Positions 1 to 12,000 of a stretch of 20,000 nt of DNA are shown piece after piece. The notes beneath the pieces are model-generated. The model had not been told where the DNA came from, ran no database searches, and saw only the letters and a list, made by a program, of their open reading frames with translations. This DNA is from an uncultured virus (IMG/VR IMGVR_UViG_3300025389_000012) (Duplodnaviria; Heunggongvirae; Uroviricota; Caudoviricetes): the IMG/VR virus record IMGVR_UViG_3300025389_000012; one strand, written 5' to 3'. Position 1 is the first letter of the stretch. The number at the start of each line of letters is the position of its first letter. The position numbers and the translations under genes are program-made.

Positions 1-3000
1 TTGAATAGGAGGTGTAGTACTTTCTAAACTTACATCTGAACTTGAGAAGTCTTCATTGTTGCGATAACTACCAGCAAAGAATGCGCCGTAGTATGCACTA
101 GACTGCCAATCTTGTACTTGTGAATTGTATGTAGTTCTATCGAACTTCATTCTAATACTGTTTTCACGTACTGGGTAAGCAGTAGAAATTGCTGATGCTC
201 TAGCACCAAGATTCAATGAGAATGCGCTACCTGTTCCATTATTAAAGATTGGAATTCTGTTAGCATCATTGATTGCATCTGAATAAGTTACATAAAGTGC
301 AACTACCGCAGTAGGAGTGGTTTCTAAGACATTGATATAGTACCATTGTCCGTCTGCTAACTCACCAACTCCATTATTTGTTGATGTATCGTTAAAGTAT
401 TGAACTTGTGAACCTGTTACTAAATCAGGTGCATAAACTGTAATAGTGTGCAATACTGAATTGACTTGTGTATTTGCAAAATAAATTGTAGATGATGGTT
501 CAATAACAATTGTGGGTAATACAGGATATCCTGAACCTGGGATAATAACATTAATTTCCAATACCGAATCTAAATTCATTACTGCTTCTAATACAGCAGG
601 AGTTCTTGGAGCAGGGTATAATGTTTCATCAATTACCGCAGTTACTCTTGGAGGATTACTATAACCATTACCACCGCTCAATAGTAAGACAGCAGGTAAG
701 TCAATATAAATTTTAGCACCAGGGATATGGTTAGTAACAACAGTACTGTTGTATCCACGTACTAATCCACTTAGTTGATTTAATGCACGGTCTACTGATG
801 AATATCCAATTTGTTCGCCGTCAATAGTGATTGTACCATTAATTGGGAAACCATTAGCGTTATCAACAATAATATACTTAGAACTTGGAGTTAAGTATGA
901 AACTAGTGTTGTAATGTTGTAATTATCTTGACCAGTTAATGAAACGCCATAGTTTTGATACCATTGGTTATATGCTTCTGTTTGCCAAATTGAACTGCTT
1001 GGCAAATATTCATATTCGTTGTTTGGTAATGTATAAACTAATTCAGGGCTGATAAACTCTTGATAAGTATTATTCCATTGTGCTGGCAAATCAAAGTCTG
1101 TGATGTTACCTTCAAATACATCATTACCTGTATAACTAAAACTAAATTGTTTGATAGTTACGTGATAAGGTTTAACTTCATTTAAGTAACCTTCTAAGAA
1201 TACTTCATTGTCACCTTGATATACTTCAAGTGGTAACAATTCACGAATCTTATGATCTACGTCAACCAATGATGTTTTATTCAACCAAGGTAAGAAGTTT
1301 TGTGATGAGGTTGTTTCGCTTTGGATATATTGGAATAGTAAAATCAAACTTTGATTTCTATAAATCAACAAGTCCGCAGTATAAATTTGCTCGTTTAATG
1401 CACGAACAATATAACGTGTTTCTTCGCTTGGGTACAAATCAAATACGTTTGTATCAAAGAAGTTTCCGTCCCAACCTAAGCCTGCACTTGAGTAATCCCA
1501 TAATGCGCTACTAAACTGAATAGTACCTTGTTGTAAACCAATACGTGTCCAGTTTCCTAATCCGTCAGTAATATAAACTTCAAATTTACCTGCACCGTTT
1601 TGTGCAACAGTTACAATTGTACCTGCACTTACATTCAATGTTGCTAAGTCAGCGTATAATGGAACTTGTAGTACAGAGCGTGTGTTGTCGCTGTAGCCAG
1701 GAGCCCACCAGTTGACAAATTCCCAATAGTTAGTTGTGTCGTAGTATGGTAAGCCTGTACCAGGATTAATATCTCCTACTGTGTACAAGAAGTCTAAATT
1801 TTCTCTTAGTTCAACGATTGGATATTGTGCTAACACTTCATTAGCAAATGTCAAATAGTTTTTAAGTGCTAAGAATCTATCAAGGAAGAAACTTTGTCTT
1901 GGTCTTACTTGAACACCCGATTGAACTTGAATTGGTAAGTATGGATCAGGTACTACTCCACCTGCATCGTCACATCCTGCCAAACTGTTAATAAATCTTA
2001 AATATAAACCATTAGGTTCACTCAAAGCACTGCTTATATACGCATACTGCGGGAATCCTGGCAAGAAATCTTCTGCATAATTTTCTTTAATAAGAGCAAA
2101 TTGTTGGTGATAGATATCACTTCCTGAATCTTGATTGCTACTATATGCAATATTGAACACAGTATCAGTACCATTGAAATAACTTAAACTGTTATAAACT
2201 GCAAATGTGTTTGGTAATACAGGAGCCATAAAACTAATACCTGACCCACGTGGGTTAGCAATGTATTGCGCAAGAATAGTATCGCTTAGAGTTTTTCCTG
2301 TTTCGCTAAAAATCAAGTTTGTGTTACGCACCCAGAAATAATAGATAGGTACAACAACACTACTTGCGTTTAATGTACTGCTAATAGCATATAATGTAAT
2401 GTCTAACGGAGTACCCGGACCTTGATAATTCTGAGGAGGCACATTGCTTGCTACCCATGTGTAAACGGCAACATCACTTCCTGGGAATACCTGACCCCAG
2501 TACTTGCTATTATACACTACATCGTTTTGATGATAGTTAACAAAGCGTACATTGTTTGTATTAAACCATGTTTTACCAACTTCGTTTGCTCCCCAAACAT
2601 AACCTGTTTGGCTTGCTAAATCACTATTGTATCTTGCAGGATCAGTATTTGTTACAAAATCTAGATTTTGTCTTACTGAGCCAAGAATCTTACCTTGTAA
2701 TGGATCGATATAATCTAGATTTACTAGTGTGTTGTTTGATGTAGCACTAAACAATTGTGAGTTGCTGATACTGTTGATATCAACAATAGGTGCGCTTTGT
2801 CTATAAATGCCCCAGTCTTGTGTACCAACTGAGTTGTCATAGATTACAACTTGCCCATCTGATACTCCTGGCAAGAAGTCAGGTGAACCAACAACAACTG
2901 TGTTGTTGTTAAAATCTAGGCTTGCACCGTATAATGGATTGAATCCATAACTTGTGTTTTGTGAATTTACAGATTGAGCAAATACAAATTGTCCAGGGTT

Positions 3001-6000
3001 TGCAACATTTTCATTGTAGTTACCAAGATAATCATACATGTATACTGCACCTGCGTTTGGATAACTGTCAACAAATCGTGTTGCGTTATTATCAAACACG
3101 GTGTCTAAATCAGGTGTACCGTTGTCAGTAAAGTCAAATGATGTGAACTCATAACGTGTGCCAACTGGCGCAGAAATTACTACACTTCCAGATTCATTGA
3201 ATTTAATTGCTGTACCAAATTCTGTTGGGCCAACTGCATATGGTGACACAAGAACTTGTGTATTAACAAATACATCAAGACCCAATTGATCTAGCACATC
3301 TTCATTAACAACAGAGATTGATAGTTGATTGTTAGGTTGTGCAATTTCGCTATCAATTACTTGAATCACTAACATACCATCAGTTGTTACAGATGCTTGT
3401 ACGTTAGTAATTTTGCTTGAATTGATTTGGTTAGCAATTGATGTTGCATCACCTGCTGTCAAGAATAACAAGTATCCATTTATAAACAAGTATTGTGATG
3501 ACAACAAATTACATACAGATGTACCAATAATAACACCATATTTGGCACCAACATTAGTATATCTATAAGTAGCACCTTCTTCACCTGTAGTGTCATTGAT
3601 TTCAAATGGTGAACCCACTAATACTTCAGTACCAAATGTGTTCATGTCCATTGCATAACCATAATGTATCCCGGTTCTGTCATTGAACTGTGAATTGAAG
3701 TTTTGTACTAATGTGTATTGATTATCACTAATGTTGATAATGTCACCTGCTTGCAATGCACCACTGTAAACAAATTGATTACCAATTACACCATAGTTGT
3801 TGTCTTGTACTAATGTACCGTTAACTGTAACATATAATGGATCAACTTGTACATACACACCAAATGACAAGCCACTAGCAGTAGTTAATTGCACAGGCGT
3901 TGTTGATGAACGTGATGTTTTGATAGAAATTGTTGAACCTGAAATACCAGCAATGTAGTAAACAACGTTTGGCTTAATACCACAGTTAGCAAAGTTACTA
4001 CCATTAAAGACTACGGCTTGATTTACTGCAAAGCCAGTCATGGCTGCATTACATGTAATGTAGTTTGTGCTACCATTAGTTGCACTTGCTGTTCTTGTTG
4101 CTCCTGCTGTTGGTGTCCAACCTAATGTAAATGACTGAATTTGTCCAGCAACACTAGTTTGTTGTGCTTCAACGTTTTGAACTGTTCTTTGGTATGCATA
4201 TGCACTACCCCAATTTTCAATTGTTGAACTGTAATTTACATCAGGTGCGCCAACAAATAATGTTTGACCATAATAGTCAGTTGACAATGAAGCACTGAAA
4301 TTATCGCCTGATACTGAACCAGCAGTTGATGAACCACTGATTACAGTTGATTGCGCATATGTTACTTGCAACGCTGTGCCGGTACCGGTACCTGCACCTG
4401 TAGCAACGAACGTAATACCTACATCGTTTGCAACTGCGCCAATTGCTGTAAAGTCTGTTGTACCAATACTTTGAATTGTATATGTTTGTCCTGTTACAAA
4501 GTAACCAGCGTTCAATAGAACTTGTTCTCTGCGATATACGTAAACATTATTATTTGCTATGTCAGAAATATACAACCAATTGTTATCCCCTGACATTGCC
4601 AATGCACTACCCCAATTAGTTACACCACCGGGTGCCGCAATAGTTTGATAGAGAATAGCCGCAGTTGAAACTGTGCTATCATTTAATGCGTAAATGTATA
4701 CTTTTGGTGTACCACTTGTTGGTTCACTAATAGCATAAATGTTATTTTGATGAACAATTGTTGTACCAAAACTTGTACCACCAGTTAACGTTTGTGATAT
4801 GTCATAAACAGGTTGTCCTGTTGATTGTGATGATAATGGGTCGTACACATATCTATAAACATTACCTTGAGGTGCATCGCTAACTAAGTATCCCATTTCA
4901 GGTGAGTATGAAACAGCAGTACCAAAATTAGTTGCATATGGCTTTTCTAATTGCTGATTGTATTGATAATTGATAGTCTTTTGATAGACTGCCCAGTTAC
5001 CGTCTGTGTTTTCATCAACCCAAACTGTATTTGTAATAAAGTCTGCTTCAGTTAAGTCTAACAATCCAATTTCTGAAGGTGTTGCAGCTCTTTGTGTTTC
5101 AAAGATTAAACCAATACCTTGACCAGTCAATGTATTTTGATTTGCAGTTGCTACATTGAGATTGATAATAACTTCATTTAAATTTACAACTTGTGTAACG
5201 ATATAATATCCGTCTACATTGTTTGCAAAGTTGACGATTGCTAATGGTTGTAATTTGCTTAGTCCGTGTGGTTCTGCAAATGTAATTGTTGCTGTTTTGT
5301 TTAAATTGTTTCTAACTTGAATTACTTGACCAATTGGTTTTAATGAATATACATTCCATGTGTTCAAGAAATTAGCCAACCATACATAATCTCTTACGTA
5401 GAAATTCTGAATAGGAACAATTTGACCAGTGATATCAGTTGCTCTAGGTAATCCAGAGTAGAAGTAACTTGACATTTTAACATCGTTAAAGTTTACATAA
5501 CCTGCGTCTGGATAAATGTTTGTTGTGCTAGGTTCTGCATCATTTGTTGTTAACAAGATGTTTGGATTATCAATATTGTGTTTATAGTTGTATAAACTAT
5601 AGATAGGAATTTCTTGCATTGAGCCAGGAGTATACACACCATTAGTTAAACTAAAGATTGATGGATCTCCGGTCATATTTGCTTGGTTAATTCTAAATTG
5701 TACAAAATTGTTATTTGCTACACCACCAAACTCACCTTGCAAGATTGCCCAGTTTTCATAGACATTATAACTAATACCACCTTGTGGTAAAGTAACACCT
5801 TGGAATGCGTTTACTGCATTACGTGTTCCTTTGTTTTTAATTAAGTTTTGATAAACGTTAATTTGTGTAACGTCTGTCAAATCTGCTGTTGCTAAGTAAT
5901 CTCTTGGTCTGTAACCAATCAAACTATAACTTAGTAAGTTGGCATCTTGTGACAAGTTACTAACATTTGTGTTATAATATAACGCACTTTCAAATGATCG

Positions 6001-9000
6001 TGTTGATGGGTTAGGCAGCATACCTATCTGTACAGCATTGTAATTTGTTTCTTTCCAATTCTGTTGATTAAATGTTGCTGTTGGTTCGATAACACGTTGT
6101 GCTACCCAATACTTGTTCTTGTAAAGAACGATCTGTCCTTTAGTATATTTTAAGTTAGGTGACCATTCTTGTACGTTATCTTGATTCAAGATAAAGCCCC
6201 AAGCATTTACAGTACCGTTCCAATCCGCAGTTTTTGCACCACGCACATTAATTCTAATTTGACGTAGACCTGTTACTAGGTTATAAATTGTATCATTGAA
6301 TTGTGTTGTATTGTCAAATACGATGCCGTGTTCAAAATTACCTAGATCAAATTGTGCATAACTAAATGCATCACCTTGATTTAATGCGTGTAATGTAAAC
6401 TGTGTATCATTACGTTCAATACACATATCCTTCAATTGAATTGGATATAAGTTTTGATTCAATACAAAGTTTTGATCTTGGATAGTTAATGGTTGAACAA
6501 CACAATCAACTTTATCGATAGTCAATAGTGTTGCCGCAGGATTCAATGTAATTACTGAGCCTGTACCCCAACCTGTTTGTGACCAGTATAAGAACTCAGC
6601 AACCATTTGATTCCATGTTACTTCAAGACCATTTTGAATGTCTTGGAATATCATACCTCTATCTTGTAGCCATGCTCCATAACTAGTTAAGAATTGTGCA
6701 AGTTCTTGTGTACTGTAAAACGATGTACCATAAGGAACAATTGTTTCTTTTGTTGAATAGTTTTTTGCTACCTTAACTTTTGCTGACTGAATGTCAATTG
6801 CATAAGTTTGACCATCATAAACTGGGTTCAATACAGTAAAGTATGCAAATTGTTGTGCGTTACCAAATACTGTGTAGTAACCATCATTTTGTTGTACAAC
6901 AACAGAACTATAAGGGATTCTATCAAATGGTTGGTTATCATATAAAAGAATATTATAACTCTCATTTGGAATCAACAATGATGAACTTGTTGTGTTTGGA
7001 CTTGCTTTTTCAACATAGAATGCCAATTGATTTTGATCGCTGAAGCCAGCCAATCTGTAAACCAATCTTACATCTAAGTTGTTGAATAACGTTGTTAGAT
7101 TTGTTGTAGCATCGATACCTTGTTGTTTTTCAAAGTCAACAATCCAGTTCAAGTAACTGGTTACGGCTGTGCCACTACCATATACAGGAATTTCATTAGG
7201 CACTAAGTGACTTCTATCATTAACTAGGTACTGATTAAACTCTGCATTGTATTTGTAATTGTCAACCCATACACCCAAGTTAAAGAATTCAGCAGGTTTC
7301 ATCAATGCTTGAAGTCTCATGAAATCAAACGGCCATGTGCTACTTCTTCTGTAACTTAATTCAGTTGGGCCATCATCACCAACAACCCAATCTTTTTGGA
7401 ATGTGTTAGGATTATAGTTACCAACAATTGATACAAAAGGACTTACTAAGTTACCTGCGCTATCAACTGGTAGTATGTTTAGTAAGCCAGGACGTGCTAG
7501 TTCAGGAACTGTTACAGGTACACCATCTTCCCAACGAACGCCGTTTGCAATGTCGTTCCATAACACTAAGTTATCACTTGTATATGGGGCAGGACCATAA
7601 CGTTCTGTCCACCAACTTGGTTGATTTGGATAGTACAACATTTCCCAAGGTGTTTCATTTGGAGTTGTTGTATCATAGAAATATTGATATACACCTCTCC
7701 AGTAACCCTGCTGAATTGGAGTACTGTCTAACTTGTTACCTGAGTTGGTATAGTTATAACTAAATGGATCGTTTGTGTTATAGTATTGTGTTTTGTAATT
7801 TAAACGATTTTGACCAATCCAATTTAAGAAATTAGTACTGTACATTTCTAACCATTCTTGATTAGAATATTGCTGTGTACCCTGTCTGAAATAACCAGGA
7901 ATCAAATCATATGCTTGAATTGGAATTGTGTTACTTAACTTCAAGTTATTGTAAACACGTGTTTCAAATTCTAATAATGCTTGGTCACGATAGTCTTGTA
8001 ATACACCGTTTATATACTCACCGTATAACTTAGTAAATGAACCATCGTGTCCTTTAATAAAATATGTAGGTGTATAGTAGTCGCTATCTAAGACAACTTC
8101 AGGAACAAATGCGGGATATAATCCTAACTTAGTTGGAGTATTTGGAGCATAACTTCCATAAGTTTGATTATATTCATTAATTGTAATTGTGTCTCCTGCA
8201 TTCAACTCAATAGTAACTTCAAGTGAAGGTGCAGTTGTACTTACTGTATAATCTTGACCCTTAATTAACTGTTCAGTAACAGTTTGATAATCGTTAATCT
8301 TTGTTGTGCGATATACCAATACACCATTATAATTTGCTGTTTCAAAATTATAAACTTGTGACAATGGGTAGATTGATGTGTCTAGTGCATTGTTAAATGT
8401 ATAGATATTACTTCTATAAGGCGCTTGTGAAGGAATCATGTCTGACCAGAAGAATGATTGGTTAGGACTCTTAGATTGAGTAATTTGCGCTAGTGCAATA
8501 TCTAAAATTTGCGCAGGGTTATATGTTTGTGTAAAGTTTGTGTTGCTAACTGTACTTACAATTAATTGTTTATAGTTAACATATTCACGGCTGTTATACA
8601 ATAACGCATTGAATAAATTGTGATCAGGTACACGTAGTAGTGCTCCGGGCAATACTAGACTTGCGCTATTTTGAATAATAGCAGTACCATATGGAACAAT
8701 ATCTCCTAAGTCTCTATAGTTGTTAGGGCCAAATACTTGACCTGTTGTATTAGGATTATTGTAAAAAATACTTTGATATTGATTGCGAATATCACCAACG
8801 TTAGCAACAGTAATATTTGTGTTCAATGGATTATTACTCAAATTGATAGGAATTTGATAATATCCAGTTGTACTTACCTGATTACTTAACAATAGAATTT
8901 GAACTAGTGTTGCAGTTGAAGGTTGTTGTGGAAGTACAATAGTAGTAGAATTTGTTCCTACTGTGTATGTATATGAGGTTGGAGATTGGTATACGTTGTC

Positions 9001-12000
9001 AATATAAACTTGTACCACTGGCCAAACAGCATCAGTTGCCGCTGTTCCAGTTAATGCCGCAATATCACACGTGTATGTTGTTGTAGCAGGGCTATATGGA
9101 ATTTCAAAATATTGATATTGTACACTAGGTGCTACAGCAGTTTGCCAACCCAATTGTCTGAACAATGTTCTGTCCACTGTGTAGTTGTAAACGTAACCTG
9201 TGTTAATATTTTCAGTTATAGGTGTGGCGCCGTTCACATAATTAAATGTGTCTGAGTTAAGTGTTACGTCAAACTGAATATCGCCTTGGTTATCAATAGA
9301 ACTGTACGATATAGGGAAACCCAAAACAGTATCGATTGAGCCTATACCTACACCATACTGAAATAGTGTAGTACCTGTAAATGTTGTACTATGATAAACT
9401 GATGGGTCGCCAAAACTTACACCATTGCTATCAAACATATCAAAGTAAGGTGCTTGATTTACATTGGTTTTTTCTTGTGCTAAATCCCAACTTGTGCCAG
9501 TATAATAATAACTTTCACCCTGATGATAGTAACCACGCAACACAGCAACTTGTTCATTTGTTAAGCATGGGCTATCTTCAGCAGGAGTCATTGTGATAAC
9601 TGGTGTTGAGCCAGTTGTTAGAGTAGACAAGTTGACAACAAAAATTGTGTTGCTTACTGTTGGGTCTGCTGAGAAAATAACTCTAGCACCTGAGAACAAT
9701 GCATAATTGTTTACAGTTGTGTCGCTAGCAACAATACTTGCTACAGTAGTTGTATTAAATGTAGTTGCATTTTGCCATGATACATTTAATGTGTATACTC
9801 CATTATTCAATGCAATTGATTGAATTTGTGAGTTTCTAGGCAACAAGTTTGTAGAATCAGTAATATATTGGTACTGTTGTAGTGTTCCTGTTACTGCACT
9901 TGCGTTAATTGTAATTGTAGTTGATGTTGCATTTGTAACCCCGGCAACGGTTGCTGTATATGTACTATATACTTGGATATCAGGATAGTAGTTTTGTTGA
10001 TCTGCAACTTGTGTTAATGCATCTGTTGTTCTTGTGTCAAAAAAGTCAACTGCTTGTTTACCAATAATACCTGAATTAAACAATTGTAGGTTAGGGTAAA
10101 ACTCAATAATTGGACGTTGTGCTTTTGCTGTAGCAGACGCATAAATTGTAAGAATCGTAGGATCATTGTTGTAAGATGCAGTTGCATTAATTACATCAAT
10201 GTGGAACCAACGATTACTACGTGACCATGCGTTTTTGTTAATACTATTTCTAGCAATAGTAATGTAATCAGGTAATACAGGAACAAAGTCTGTTAAGTCC
10301 CAGTTACCAATATCATAATTAGTAGAATCATATGGATTATAAACTGCCTCAGTAAATCCTTCAGGGCAGATCAATGAGTTAACTGGGATCAACTCAATAG
10401 CAGTACCCACGCCTTCTACGTAGTATTCACCTGACAAATAACTTGTTGGGATAACGTCACCGTCAAAACTTACTTTTAATCCATTTGTAAACACAACACC
10501 ATTTGTGCTAGTAAATGTTTTTTGTCCTAAAATGTCAGTTGTAACGTTTATTGTGTTTGAAAGATTGCTTTCAATTAATTTAATAACACCAACGCTGTCA
10601 GCGTTTGTACCATCTTGATAGTATAATGTGTTTAGGGGCGCACTAATATAAGGTACTTCTGCAATTGTACCCACTGTGTTGCGATAGAAGGGTAAATTAT
10701 TATACTGTACACCAAATGCTGGCGTAATAGTTTGATTAGTAGGAATAACTCCACTTGGAATCAATCTAATAACTGGGTTAGCAGGATCACCAACATATTC
10801 AACTGTATAGAAGTTGTTTGCAACAGTGGTATAATAACCCTCTTCTAACAAACCTTGATTTGTATTAGCAGTCATTAAACCTGTTGCGTTGGTCAATGTT
10901 AAAATAGAACCCCCTAATGTAGCAGAAATAGTGAAGCCTGTTGTTCCCACTAAACCATTAATAAAATATACGCTACCCGCAGTTACTCCACCGAATGTAG
11001 GATTGTTAAATGTAATAGTGTCATTTACATTTAATGATGCGTTTGTTCCACTTGCTAATGTAAAGACATTAGCCGCTGTTTGGTTAACTGAAATTGTAAG
11101 AGGTTGAACTAATGTGTTATCATTAGTGTCATATGAAGTTTCAGAATAATATGTTTGTACATACCCAGTTTCGTTAGGAATTCCTGTGTTATAAAACATA
11201 ATCTGTAGACCTTGCAATGATGTGACACCATCAATTGCACCTATTGTTGACAATAGTTGTCCGTTGATTTGGCTAAATGGTGTAGTACATACTAAATCAA
11301 GATTTACACCACTAGCAGGAAATTGATATTCGTTTTGTGCGTCTGCGGCAGGAACTGTAAATGTTACATAACCTTGAGTTGCACCGTTGTTTTCTACTCC
11401 ATATACATTACGTGTATATAAGTTAGTTTGCGTAGGACTGTAGCCAGTTACACCTGGTTGACCTTGAATCCAAAATTGAGTATCTTGATCAACTAAGAAT
11501 GTGTAAGTGCCACCGCGCAACAATGTTAGTGTTGGATTAATTTCACCTGTTTCAGCTGAAGCAATACGAATATTATAACCATTGTCTAATGACGTTACAA
11601 CATATTGCTCTGTAGAATAAACAGTTTGTGATGCTACTGTTACTGAAGGTGGACCAAAAGGTAACCAATAGTATTGATTAAAGTTAATGATCTTATCTAG
11701 ATTGGTAAAACTATCCCATGAGTAGAACTGACTATTAAACAAACGATTGTTATTGTTAGTAACACCGTTTTGTAGATTTAATGCGTCAAGGATACCTGGG
11801 TATGTAATAAAATCTTTTGCAGTATTTTCATTTGTCTTTTTAATTACAACGCCTGGATCTAGTTGATATTCTCTTCTAGTTTTTGTAGGTTCTGTAACAT
11901 AGTAATCGTTTGGGTTAACACCGTAACCAAACTTACTTCCAATGTAACCTTGAATACGTTGTAAGTTGGGAGGATTTACTAATTGGTCAAGTGTAGCAGA

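Noticed and set aside
4378..4400. Palindromic/tandem ccggtaccggtacc sequence
   Set aside because: It is explained by the encoded GAGTGTGT peptide and is too short to imply a DNA element.
1230..11107. Six short plus-strand ORFs in the track (1230, 2422, 6843, 7428, 9381, 10889)
   Set aside because: All are antisense to the uninterrupted giant ORF, have no recognisable motifs and look like shadow ORFs.
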